Source of the DNA: Oscillospiraceae bacterium | GTDB lineage: Bacteria; Bacillota; Clostridia; Oscillospirales; Ruminococcaceae | Assembly: GCA_017481565.1 (NCBI GenBank) | Contig: JAFUOZ010000041.1 | Coordinates: 12,351-76,350, forward strand | Direction of reading: 5' to 3' | DNA length: 64,000 nt | Shown: in pieces, positions 46,153 to 55,531 of the stretch | Numbering within the stretch: position 1 is the stretch's first letter | Layout of the letters: the number at the start of each line of letters is the position of its first letter | Notes under the pieces: model-generated | The model's input: only the letters and a program-made list of their open reading frames with translations | The model's database searches: none | Told to the model about the DNA's origin: nothing | Position numbers and translations under genes: made by a program

Positions 46153-46890
46153 ATGGCTAAAACAGCACTTATTACAGGCTCTGCAAGAGGTATCGGAGCT
46201 GCTATCGCACTTCGTCTTGCAAAGGACGGATATAATATCGCACTTAACGATATCAGCATGGAAATGTTTGAAAACAACGATATCGCCGATAAGATAAAGG
46301 AAATGGGCAGAGAGGTGGAGATCTATATCTGCGACGTTTCAAAGTATGATCAGTGTGAGGAAACGGTAAAGAAGATCAAGGAGCGTTTCGGCTCTATCGA
46401 TTGTCTCGTAAACAATGCAGGTATCACAAGAGACGGACTTATGGCAAGAATGCCCGAGGAGCAGTATGACCTTGTTGTCGCTGTAAATCAGAAAAGCGTA
46501 TTCAATATGATGAAGCTTGTGGGCAATATCATGATGAGACAGAAGTCAGGCAGGATCATCAGTCTTGCGTCTGTTGCGGGTCTTTACGGTAATCCCGGTC
46601 AGATCAATTATTCCGCTACAAAGGCCGCTATCGTGGGTATGACAAAGACTGTTGCCAAGGAGCTGGGTTCAAGAGGTATCACAGCAAACGCCGTAGCACC
46701 GGGCTTTATCAAGACTCCTATGACAGATAAGCTTACCGAGGAGCAGAGAAACAAGATGCTTGATCTTATCGCTATGAAGCGTTACGGCACTACCGAAGAG
46801 ATCGCAGGCGTTGTATCCTTCCTTGCTTCCGATGATGCATCTTATGTAACAGGACAGGTCATCGAGATCTCAGGCGGACTTATGATGTAA
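46153..46890 (+). CDS. fabG: 3-oxoacyl-ACP reductase
   Basis: ITGSARGIGAAIA, NNAGI, YSATKAA (SDR catalytic YxxxK). Confidence 0.95.
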   Translation: MAKTALITGSARGIGAAIALRLAKDGYNIALNDISMEMFENNDIADKIKEMGREVEIYICDVSKYDQCEETVKKIKERFGSIDCLVNNAGITRDGLMARMPEEQYDLVVAVNQKSVFNMMKLVGNIMMRQKSGRIISLASVAGLYGNPGQINYSATKAAIVGMTKTVAKELGSRGITANAVAPGFIKTPMTDKLTEEQRNKMLDLIAMKRYGTTEEIAGVVSFLASDDASYVTGQVIEISGGLMM

Positions 46891-47013
46891 TTAAACGGAA
46901 ATATATTTTTAATATATTTCGGTATATTATTGATATACTTAATGCGATGTTAATATAATTTTATCTGATTTTTAATTTATGCCCGATACGGCAGAATGGA
47001 GATTTTTAAAGTT

Positions 47014-48261
47014 ATGAGTAAAAGAGTAGTAATCACAGGTATGGGTGTTGTATCTCCCATAGGAAACACACTTGATGAATTTTATAACAGTCTTAAGGAT
47101 AACAAGCACGGCTTCTGCTATCTTAAGGACGTTGCAAAGGTTACAAAGGAAGATTTTGATGTAAAGATCGTTGCTGCGGTAAAGGATTTTACATCTGAAA
47201 AGTACATCGACAAGAAGGAAGCAAAGCGAATGGACCGTTTTACACAGTTCTCGGTTGTTGCGGCTCTCGATGCTCTTGCAGACAGCGGCACTAAGTTTGA
47301 GGATATCGATCCTTACAGAGCAGGTGTTATCTGCGGCGTGGGCATCGGCGGTCTGAACCTTACACTTGAAGAGGCTCAGAAGTATACTGCAAAGGGCCCT
47401 GACAGAGTTTCTGTATTCTTTATCCCTATGATGATCGCAAATATGGCGGCAGGTACTATCTCAATGCGTACAGGCTTCAAGGGTGCAAACTATTGTACAA
47501 CTACTGCCTGTGCATCTTCTACACACTCTATCGGTGAAGCATTCAGAAGGATCAAGGACGGTTATCTTGATGTTTGTCTGGCAGGCGGCTCAGAGGCTTG
47601 TGTAGGCGAGTTCGCACTCAGCGGCTTCAATAACATGAAGGCACTTTCACGCTCAGATGACCTTGACCGCTGCTCTATCCCCTTTGACGCTGACAGAAAC
47701 GGCTTCGTTCTCGGTGAGGGAAGCGGTATGCTGGTGCTTGAAGAGCTTGAGCATGCAAAGGCAAGAGGCGCTAAGATCTATGCGGAGATCGCAGGATACG
47801 GCGCAACCTGTGATGCTTATCATATGACAAGTCCTTCGCCTACAGGCGAGGCTGCTGCAGAGGGCATGAAGCAGGCTTATACAGAGGCAGGTCTTAAGCC
47901 TGAGGATATCAACTATATCAATGCTCACGGTACTTCTACACCTCTCAATGACAAGTATGAGACAAATGCTATAAAGATCGCTCTCGGCGACGCTGCAAAG
48001 AATGTTGTTGTAAACTCCACAAAGTCCATGACAGGTCACCTTCTGGGTGCTGCGGGAAGTGTTGAGGCTATCGCAACAGCTCTTGCCTGCCGCGATGATC
48101 TTGTTCATAAGACAGTAGGCTTCAAGAATGCAGATCCCGAATGTGATCTGGACTGCTGCACAGACGGCAACAGAAGCATGACTGTAAATGCCGCTCTTTC
48201 CAACAGCTTAGGCTTCGGCGGTCATAATGCAACTCTCTGCATCAAGAAGTACGTTGACTGA
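47014..48261 (+). CDS. fabF: 3-oxoacyl-ACP synthase II
   Basis: RVVITGMGVVSPIG, TTACASS (active Cys), NAHGTSTP, GHLLGAAG, GFGGHN. Confidence 0.95.
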   Translation: MSKRVVITGMGVVSPIGNTLDEFYNSLKDNKHGFCYLKDVAKVTKEDFDVKIVAAVKDFTSEKYIDKKEAKRMDRFTQFSVVAALDALADSGTKFEDIDPYRAGVICGVGIGGLNLTLEEAQKYTAKGPDRVSVFFIPMMIANMAAGTISMRTGFKGANYCTTTACASSTHSIGEAFRRIKDGYLDVCLAGGSEACVGEFALSGFNNMKALSRSDDLDRCSIPFDADRNGFVLGEGSGMLVLEELEHAKARGAKIYAEIAGYGATCDAYHMTSPSPTGEAAAEGMKQAYTEAGLKPEDINYINAHGTSTPLNDKYETNAIKIALGDAAKNVVVNSTKSMTGHLLGAAGSVEAIATALACRDDLVHKTVGFKNADPECDLDCCTDGNRSMTVNAALSNSLGFGGHNATLCIKKYVD

Positions 48262-48366
48262 TAAACAGAGTCATATTCTGCGTGTATCGTTCCTGTCATT
48301 CCGAAAGTGAGGGTCATGGAACGGTACTCACGGCGCAGAGGACAGTACCCGAAAGGAATTATTGAA

Positions 48367-48912
48367 ATGCTTGGATTAAACGATTTTACCATTGATGATA
48401 TCAGAGCCCTTGCAGATGTTATGCATGAAAAGCATCTGGGAAGGATCGAGCTTAAGAACGGCGCAAGCGAGGTGGCTATCGACGGGGCACGTCCCGTTCC
48501 TCCCGCACCTCACGGATATATGCAGGGAATGGGTATGCCTATGGGAATGCCTGTGAATATGGGCATGAATATGCCTGCTATGACACCTCCTCCCGTGCAG
48601 CTTGATCCTATGCCCGATACCGAAAACAGCGCTTCGGGCAAGGCGGCTCCCAATGTAGAGGCACAGACCGCATTCAACGGAAATGTGGTAAAGGCTCCTA
48701 TCGTGGGAACATTCTATGCATCTCCCGCACCCGGAAAGCCTCCCTTTGTAACGGTGGGACAGAAGGTAAAGAAGGGCGATGTTATTATGATAATCGAGTC
48801 TATGAAGCTGATGAACGAGGTTCAGAGCGAATATGACGGCGAAGTCGCAGAGATCATGGCAAAGGACGGTCAGCCTGTTGAGTATGATCAGCCTGTAATG
48901 ATAATAAAATAA
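48367..48912 (+). CDS. accB: biotin carboxyl carrier protein of acetyl-CoA carboxylase
   Basis: Pro/Met-rich linker. Biotinyl domain with IESMKLMNEV. ATG 48367 after AAAGGA. Confidence 0.9.
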   Translation: MLGLNDFTIDDIRALADVMHEKHLGRIELKNGASEVAIDGARPVPPAPHGYMQGMGMPMGMPVNMGMNMPAMTPPPVQLDPMPDTENSASGKAAPNVEAQTAFNGNVVKAPIVGTFYASPAPGKPPFVTVGQKVKKGDVIMIIESMKLMNEVQSEYDGEVAEIMAKDGQPVEYDQPVMIIK

Positions 48913-48939
48913 TATAAAATAACACTGGAGAATAATATA

Positions 48940-49368
48940 ATGGCACAGTTAAACAAAGAACAGATAATGGAAATTATCCCCCACAGAGATCCCTTTTTGC
49001 TCATAGACAATGTTCTGGAGCTTGAACCCGGCGTAAAGTGCGTTGCGGAAAAGTATATGTCACCCGATGAATTCTGGTTCAAGGGTCATTTCCCCGATTA
49101 TCCCGTTGTTCCCGGAGTTCTTATGGTGGAGATGATGGCGCAGGCAGGCTGTGTGGCTATGCTCACACTTCCCGAAAACAAGGGAAAGATCGGCTTTTTC
49201 GGCGGCATCAAGGAGGCTAAATTCCGCAGACAGGTAGTTCCCGGAGACACACTTCGTCTTGAGGTGGAGATCGTAAAGGTAAAGGGTCCTATCGGTGTAG
49301 GTAAGGGCGTTGCTACCGTAAACGGCGAAAAGGCTGTTACTGCTGAGATCACCTTTGCACTCAAATAA
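48940..49368 (+). CDS. fabZ: 3-hydroxyacyl-ACP dehydratase
   Basis: IPHRDPFLLID, GHFPDYPVVPGVLMVEMMAQ. Confidence 0.95.
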   Translation: MAQLNKEQIMEIIPHRDPFLLIDNVLELEPGVKCVAEKYMSPDEFWFKGHFPDYPVVPGVLMVEMMAQAGCVAMLTLPENKGKIGFFGGIKEAKFRRQVVPGDTLRLEVEIVKVKGPIGVGKGVATVNGEKAVTAEITFALK

Positions 49369-49394
49369 TTTTAAAAGGCGGCTGATGAGTTAAT

Positions 49395-50735
49395 ATGATA
49401 AGTAAAATTCTTATTGCCAACAGAGGCGAGATCGCTGTAAGAATAATCCGTGCCTGCCGTGAAATGGGTATAAAGACCGTTGCTGTCTATTCCACAGCCG
49501 ATAAGAATGCCCTGCACGCAAGGATCGCTGATGAGGCGGTCTGCATAGGCGGACCTGCCACAAAGGACAGCTATCTTAACATGAAGGCTGTTATTGCAGC
49601 TTGTGAGATAACGGGTGCAGAGGCTATTCACCCCGGTTTCGGTTTTCTTTCCGAAAATGCATCCTTTGCAAGAATGTGCGGAAAGTGCGGAATTATCTTT
49701 ATCGGTCCTTCTCCCGAATCTATAGAGATGCTGGGAGACAAGGCGGCGGCAAAGACAGCTATGAAGAATGCAGGGGTACCTGTTATCCCCGGGTCAGACG
49801 GTGCGGTGCGCTCAATGACCGATATCAGAAAAACAGCCGCTGAGATAGGCTTTCCTCTTATGATAAAGGCGTCGGCAGGCGGCGGCGGAAGAGGAATACG
49901 TCTTGTAAACAATGAAGATGAGCTGGAGGCTCAGGCTACTGCGGCAAAGCAGGAGGCTCTGAACTTTTTCGGCGATGACAGCATATATATGGAAAGGTTC
50001 ATCATTGACCCCAAGCACATCGAATTCCAAATTCTTGCAGACAAGTTCGGAAATGTGATACACCTGGGCGAGAGAGACTGTTCCATGCAGAGAAGAAATC
50101 AGAAGGTGCTGGAGGAAACTCCCTCCGCTGTCATGACGGAGGACCTGCGCCGCAGAATGGGCGCTGCCGCTGTTGCAGCCGCTAAGGTATGCGGATATCA
50201 CAATGCAGGTACCATTGAATTTTTGGTAGACAGTGAGCAGAACTTCTATTTCATGGAGATGAATACACGTATTCAGGTAGAACACCCTATCACCGAGCTT
50301 GTAACAGGTGTTGATCTGGTAAAGCAGCAGATAATGATCGCTGACGGAAAGCCTCTGCCCTATCATCAGGAGGATATCAGTTTAAGAGGTCATGCGATAG
50401 AGTGCCGTATCAATGCGGAAAGTCCCGAGGCAGGCTTCAGACCCAGCCCCGGAAAGATAACAGCGCTCCATACCCCCGGAGGTCCCGGAATAAGAATAGA
50501 CAGCTCTGCTTATCAGGGCTATACCATAACTCCCTACTATGACAGCATGATAGCAAAGCTTATTGCCTATGCGCCTACCCGTGAGGAAGCAATCGCAAAG
50601 ATGAAATGGGCGCTTGCTGAATTTATAGTTGAGGGCGTTGATACTAATATTGATTTTCAGCTCAGCCTTATCTGTGATCCCAATTTTGAAAAGGGCGATT
50701 ATGATATAGGCTATTTAGGCAGGAAAATGAAATAA
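49395..50735 (+). CDS. accC: biotin carboxylase subunit of acetyl-CoA carboxylase
   Basis: KILIANRGEIAVRIIRAC, GGGGRGIR, EMNTRIQVEHP. Confidence 0.96.
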   Translation: MISKILIANRGEIAVRIIRACREMGIKTVAVYSTADKNALHARIADEAVCIGGPATKDSYLNMKAVIAACEITGAEAIHPGFGFLSENASFARMCGKCGIIFIGPSPESIEMLGDKAAAKTAMKNAGVPVIPGSDGAVRSMTDIRKTAAEIGFPLMIKASAGGGGRGIRLVNNEDELEAQATAAKQEALNFFGDDSIYMERFIIDPKHIEFQILADKFGNVIHLGERDCSMQRRNQKVLEETPSAVMTEDLRRRMGAAAVAAAKVCGYHNAGTIEFLVDSEQNFYFMEMNTRIQVEHPITELVTGVDLVKQQIMIADGKPLPYHQEDISLRGHAIECRINAESPEAGFRPSPGKITALHTPGGPGIRIDSSAYQGYTITPYYDSMIAKLIAYAPTREEAIAKMKWALAEFIVEGVDTNIDFQLSLICDPNFEKGDYDIGYLGRKMK

Positions 50736-50834
50736 ATTATATCAGAAATAAACCTTACATGTTTTATGAGTAAGTATGTGTGAGACGGGTATGCCCCCTG
50801 TCTCCGCAGGGCTTACTGTATGCAGGTGAATAAT

Positions 50835-51563
50835 ATGAAACGATGTCCCTTATGTTCGGGAAAGGTAAAGGACGGAATGTGTGTTGACTGCGGATATTCC
50901 ATTCCCGATGAAGACGAACTCAATGAAATTTCAAGCATATATAATACTGAGCCTGAGGAGGAGCCTGAGGAAAGGTATCCTCAGAAGGAATATATCCCCG
51001 AAAGCTATCAGCGTGAGGAAATGCCTGACAGAATGCCCTACGGCTATGCTGAGCCTTCGGAAAAGTATATCCCCAAGGTTGCGGTAATTCCCGACCCTGT
51101 GCAGAATAACGGGGTACATACGGGTAACCAAAGCGGTTACATACCTTATCAGCCGAACAGTACGGGGACAGGTGCGTCCATGGGCGGAGGTACGGGGTAT
51201 GTGCAAAGCGGAAGCAATCCTCAGGGATATGTGCAGAACGGATATAACGGAAATGTACAGAGCGGTTATAACGGCAATGTGCAGAACGGAAGTCCCATGA
51301 GCAAAACGGGCAGCACCAATTATGACCCTACTGCCAATTTTACACCCTATCAGAATGTTCCTGCGGCGAACAATAAAACCAATATTTTTTCAAATCTTAA
51401 AGCCTCGGATCTTAAATGGGGCGAGCTTCTTGCATCGTTCTTTATACCCTTTGTGGGATTTATTCTGGGAATAAAGAATCTTTCAAAATCAGGCGGAACA
51501 GACAAGGATAAGGCAATGGGAATTATTTGTCTCGGGCTTGCTGTTCTGGGATTGTTTTTATAA
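50835..51563 (+). CDS. zinc-ribbon / low-complexity / C-terminal TM protein (paralogue 1 of 4)
   Basis: MKRCPLCSGKVKDGMCVDCGYSIPDEDEL. Q/N/G/Y-rich repeats (GYVQSG, GYNGNVQ). C-terminal hydrophobic hairpin. AGGTGA 6 nt upstream of the ATG. Confidence 0.8.
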   Translation: MKRCPLCSGKVKDGMCVDCGYSIPDEDELNEISSIYNTEPEEEPEERYPQKEYIPESYQREEMPDRMPYGYAEPSEKYIPKVAVIPDPVQNNGVHTGNQSGYIPYQPNSTGTGASMGGGTGYVQSGSNPQGYVQNGYNGNVQSGYNGNVQNGSPMSKTGSTNYDPTANFTPYQNVPAANNKTNIFSNLKASDLKWGELLASFFIPFVGFILGIKNLSKSGGTDKDKAMGIICLGLAVLGLFL

Positions 51564-51568
51564 TACAA

Positions 51569-52111
51569 ATGAACGATATAGAAAAATGTCCTCTTTGCGG
51601 AGGACGCTCAAAAAGCGGAAAATGCCTGAGCTGCGGATATATCATTCCCGACAGCTCAGAGCTTGAATATATGACTAAGCTTGCAAGCGCAGAGCCTGAG
51701 GATTATCCTGAGGAGGAGGCTGCAAGAAATCTCTTTGAAGCAGATGTAAATGTAAAGGTGTATCATAACGATCTGCCCGATATCTGCGATAAAAATCAGA
51801 CAGACCCTTATCTGAAAAGAAAGACTGAATACAGGACAAAGCCGAAAAGCACTTATGTACACCCCGACAGAAAGCCGTTATTCAGGGAAAAGCTTGATAT
51901 GCTGCTTGAAAATAACCGTTTTATTTTTTATGGCGCATATATATTGTCAATGCTGCTTCCGCTGAGGATATATGTAATATTCATTCATATAATAATGCTT
52001 CTCTGGGCAGCTGTTTTCAGGGATAAAGCGGATTTTATGAGTGAAAATAAAATGTGGCTGATGTATGTGGGAGCGGTAATGGCTATTGTTCTTAAGCTTT
52101 CTATGATGTGA
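51569..52111 (+). CDS. zinc-ribbon membrane protein (paralogue 2 of 4)
   Basis: MNDIEKCPLCGGRSKSGKCLSCGYIIPDSSELEYMTKLASAEPEDYP. Two C-terminal TM helices. Starts 5 nt after the paralogue 1 stop. No SD. Confidence 0.8.
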   Translation: MNDIEKCPLCGGRSKSGKCLSCGYIIPDSSELEYMTKLASAEPEDYPEEEAARNLFEADVNVKVYHNDLPDICDKNQTDPYLKRKTEYRTKPKSTYVHPDRKPLFREKLDMLLENNRFIFYGAYILSMLLPLRIYVIFIHIIMLLWAAVFRDKADFMSENKMWLMYVGAVMAIVLKLSMM

Positions 52112-52126
52112 TGTGACTAAAATATC

Positions 52127-52747
52127 ATGAATGAAAAAACGAAATGTCCTCTGTGCGGAGGACGCTCAAAAAGCGGAATATGCTCCGAATGCGGATATAT
52201 CATTCCCGACAGTGAGGAGCTTGATTACGAAACAAGGCTTGCAAGCGCAGAGCCTGAGGATTATCCTCGTCAGGAGGCTATGCGCAATGTGCTTGCGGAG
52301 GAGAAGGTAAACGTAAAGGTCAGAAATGATTATATGCCCGATGTGCTTACTCCGCCGCCTCCGCCTGTACAGACTGTAAAAAAGCCTGCTGTCAATAAGC
52401 AGAGTTCTGTCAATAAGCAGAGTTCTGTCAATAATGTAAATAATGCTGCTCCGATGAAAAAAAGTGTTTATGTTCATCGGGGAGAAAGGCTCAGCTTAAT
52501 TGACAGGATAGATAATATGCTTTACAGAAATTCAAAAATATTTTATGGGATATATATTGCACTGATGCTTCTGCTTTCCGGTGAGGAATATATGGCAGCG
52601 GTACTTATTTCCCTGTTTTTATATATGCTTATAGGTATAAGATGCGATTTTTTCAGTACTAAAAAGACGATACTGCTGTATCTGACAGCTATACTGGCTA
52701 TCATCGTCAAATTGGGACTTGAAGAAATGTTCAGATACGGTTTTTAA
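52127..52747 (+). CDS. zinc-ribbon membrane protein (paralogue 3 of 4)
   Basis: MNEKTKCPLCGGRSKSGICSECGYIIPDSEELDYETRLASAEPEDYP. PPPPP/VNKQSS linker. Two TM helices. Confidence 0.8.
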   Translation: MNEKTKCPLCGGRSKSGICSECGYIIPDSEELDYETRLASAEPEDYPRQEAMRNVLAEEKVNVKVRNDYMPDVLTPPPPPVQTVKKPAVNKQSSVNKQSSVNNVNNAAPMKKSVYVHRGERLSLIDRIDNMLYRNSKIFYGIYIALMLLLSGEEYMAAVLISLFLYMLIGIRCDFFSTKKTILLYLTAILAIIVKLGLEEMFRYGF

Positions 52748-52751
52748 CGAT

Positions 52752-53330
52752 ATGAATGAAATACAAAAATGTCCCCTCTGTGGAGGAAAAACCATAAGCG
52801 GCTTATGTATGGAATGTGATTACGTCATTCCCGATGGTGATGAGCTTGAATATATGACCTTGCTTGCAAACACAGAGCCTGAGGATTATCCGACGGCAGA
52901 GGCGGCAAAAAACGAGCTTTTGTCCGCACCTGTAAAGGTGAAGGTGAAAACGGATTATATGCCTGATGTATATGAGGTGCCGCCGTCGGTTCAGCTGACA
53001 CCTGCAAATAATCCCCCTGCAAATAATAATATCAATAATATCAATAATACGGCAGTGCAGAAGAATGTCAATATGTATGTACCGCCTTCACAGCCTCAGC
53101 AGAAAACGGCTTTTGAAAAAATTTATGACTGGTGGTACGATCATTTTTATATCGGGTATATATTACTTCTTATATTGGCGGTCATTATGCCGTCAGCTGT
53201 TGATGTAGCTATCGGGGGAGCACTGCTTATTCCCGATTTTGAGGATGATGATCCCTTTAACCCTAACAAACTGAAAATAGGCGCTATACTGCTTATAATC
53301 GGTTTGCTTAAATTTCAGTTTCTGGATTAG
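52752..53330 (+). CDS. zinc-ribbon membrane protein (paralogue 4 of 4)
   Basis: MNEIQKCPLCGGKTISGLCMECDYVIPDGDELEYMTLLANTEPEDYP. N/P-rich linker. Two TM helices. Starts 4 nt after the paralogue 3 stop. Confidence 0.8.
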   Translation: MNEIQKCPLCGGKTISGLCMECDYVIPDGDELEYMTLLANTEPEDYPTAEAAKNELLSAPVKVKVKTDYMPDVYEVPPSVQLTPANNPPANNNINNINNTAVQKNVNMYVPPSQPQQKTAFEKIYDWWYDHFYIGYILLLILAVIMPSAVDVAIGGALLIPDFEDDDPFNPNKLKIGAILLIIGLLKFQFLD

Positions 53331-53351
53331 CCGAAAGGACGTGACTTTAAA

Positions 53352-54242
53352 TTGTTAGAGGATCTTTTTAATGTGGTCACCACACGCTTTAACAGCGTTG
53401 TGAAGGACGATAAGGATAAAAAAGAAAGCAAAAGCACTGTTGATATTCCTAAGGATCTGTTTTTCAAATGTCCCCGATGCTCGTCGGTTGTTGTGTCGGA
53501 GGATCTGGACAATAATCTGGGAGTATGTCCCGACTGCGGTTATCATTCAAGAATATCCGCAGTGAGAAGGCTTGCTATGGTTGCAGATAAGGAAAGCTTT
53601 ATTGAATATGACAAGGATATGATAAGCAAGAATCCTATAGATTTCCCCGAATATGAGGAAAAACAGGCAAAGCTCAGGGAACAGACAGGTCTTAAGGACG
53701 CTGTTATCACGGGAGAATGTACAATAAGAGGCAGAAAATGCGTTATCGGTATCATGGATTCACGGTATATGATGGCATCTATGGGAAGTGTTGTGGGCGA
53801 AAAGCTTACAAGAGCCTTTGAAAAGGCTACCGAAAAGAGACTTCCTATCGTGCTGTTTACCGCTTCGGGCGGTGCAAGAATGCAGGAGGGTATGGTATCC
53901 CTTATGCAGATGGCAAAGACAAGCGGTGCGGCTGCAAGACATTCCGAGGCAGGCCTTTTATATATAACCGTTATGACCGATCCTACTACGGGCGGTGTTA
54001 CGGCTTCTTTTGCGTCTCTGGGCGATATCATCATCGCTGAGCCTAAGGTGCTTATCGGCTTTGCGGGCAGACGTGTTATCGAGGGAACTATCAAGCAGAG
54101 ACTTCCTGAGGATTTTCAGTCCGCTGAGTTTTTGCTGGAGCATGGCTTTGTTGATATGATAGTTGACAGAAAAAGCATGAGAAAAACCCTTTCTCATCTT
54201 ATCAGTCTTCATACCGATAATGTGGAGGTGAAGGACAGATGA
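53352..54242 (+). CDS. accD: acetyl-CoA carboxylase carboxyltransferase beta subunit (TTG start)
   Basis: (M)LEDLFN... matches the usual AccD N-terminus. Zn ribbon CPRC-x15-[15 protein letters not shown]. Confidence 0.93.
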   Translation: MLEDLFNVVTTRFNSVVKDDKDKKESKSTVDIPKDLFFKCPRCSSVVVSEDLDNNLGVCPDCGYHSRISAVRRLAMVADKESFIEYDKDMISKNPIDFPEYEEKQAKLREQTGLKDAVITGECTIRGRKCVIGIMDSRYMMASMGSVVGEKLTRAFEKATEKRLPIVLFTASGGARMQEGMVSLMQMAKTSGAAARHSEAGLLYITVMTDPTTGGVTASFASLGDIIIAEPKVLIGFAGRRVIEGTIKQRLPEDFQSAEFLLEHGFVDMIVDRKSMRKTLSHLISLHTDNVEVKDR

Positions 54243-55066
54243 GTATGAATAATATCACACCATGGAAAAAAATGGAGATAATCCGTCATAAGAATCGTCC
54301 TACCATAAGGGATTATCTTCCTATGATATTTGAAGATTTCTATGAGATGCACGGTGACCGTCTTTACGGCGATGACGGTGCGATAATAGGCGGAATAGGC
54401 AGGCTGAGAGGTATGCCTGTGACAATTATCGCTGAGGTAAAGGGCAGAGACCTTAACGAAAATAAGCAGTCCAATTTTGCCATGCCTCACCCTGAGGGCT
54501 ACAGAAAGGCGCTCAGGCTTGCAAAACAGGCTGAAAAGTTCAAACGACCTGTTATATGCTTTATAGATACTCCCGGCGCATTCTGCGGCATAGAGGCTGA
54601 GAAGAGGGGACAGGGAGAGGCTATTGCCCGAAACCTTTTTGAGTTTATGACCCTGAAAACTCCCGTTGTATCGGTGGTGCTGGGCGAGGGCGGCAGCGGC
54701 GGCGCACTGGCTCTTGGCGTATGCGATGAGCTTGGTATGCTTTCAAACTCGATCTATTCGGTAATTTCACCGAGAGGCTTTGCTTCTATACTCTGGAAGG
54801 ACGCATCAAGGGAGAAGGAAGCCTGCAATATCATGAAAATAACAGCCGAGGATCTGACTGAGCTTCAGATCTGTGACGCTATAATTGAGGAGTCGGAAGG
54901 GGGCGCTCACAACGACCCGATGATGACTGCCGAAAATATTGAAGAATTTTTGGTAAAAACGCTGAAAGAAAAAATGCAAATAGATATTGACGTTTTGCTA
55001 AATCAACGTTATACTAAATTTAGAAAAATCGGTGAGTTTGAGGAATCGGCTGCGGCTGAGGAATAA
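54239..55066 (+). CDS. accA: acetyl-CoA carboxylase carboxyltransferase alpha subunit
   Basis: Overlaps the accD stop (ATGA). [26 protein letters not shown]. Confidence 0.93.
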   Translation: MSMNNITPWKKMEIIRHKNRPTIRDYLPMIFEDFYEMHGDRLYGDDGAIIGGIGRLRGMPVTIIAEVKGRDLNENKQSNFAMPHPEGYRKALRLAKQAEKFKRPVICFIDTPGAFCGIEAEKRGQGEAIARNLFEFMTLKTPVVSVVLGEGGSGGALALGVCDELGMLSNSIYSVISPRGFASILWKDASREKEACNIMKITAEDLTELQICDAIIEESEGGAHNDPMMTAENIEEFLVKTLKEKMQIDIDVLLNQRYTKFRKIGEFEESAAAEE

Positions 55067-55143
55067 AACACCTGTTTTTTGATAAATCATGTTGTAAAGA
55101 TGAAAATCTTTATATATATTACCCAAGAATGGAGGAAACGAAA

Positions 55144-55371
55144 ATGGTATTTGATAAGGTTAAGGAGATTATCGTTGAGCAGCTCGATGTTGACGGCGAT
55201 AAGGTAATCAATGGCGCAAACATTCAGGATGACCTGGGCGCTGACTCCCTTGACATTGTTGATCTCGTTATGTCACTTGAGGAAGAATTCGATATCGAAA
55301 TTCCCGATGAGGCTGTTGAGAACATCAAGACAGTCGGAGATATCGTTAAGTACATTGAGGACAATCAGTAA
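55144..55371 (+). CDS. acpP: acyl carrier protein
   Basis: [19 protein letters not shown] (phosphopantetheine Ser). GGAGG 8 nt upstream of ATG 55144. Confidence 0.95.
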   Translation: MVFDKVKEIIVEQLDVDGDKVINGANIQDDLGADSLDIVDLVMSLEEEFDIEIPDEAVENIKTVGDIVKYIEDNQ

Positions 55372-55531
55372 TCAGCTGCTTACGAGAAGCCTCGGGGCAT
55401 GAGCATGCTCCGCTGTAATCGGATCTGTATTTCGGGTCATATTTTTCGGACAGGATCTTTTTAAGCTCTGTCTGAATGTTGTCCTCCGAAAACAGATCCT
55501 TTTATTTTCACTTTTGAAGGAGTGACCGGAA

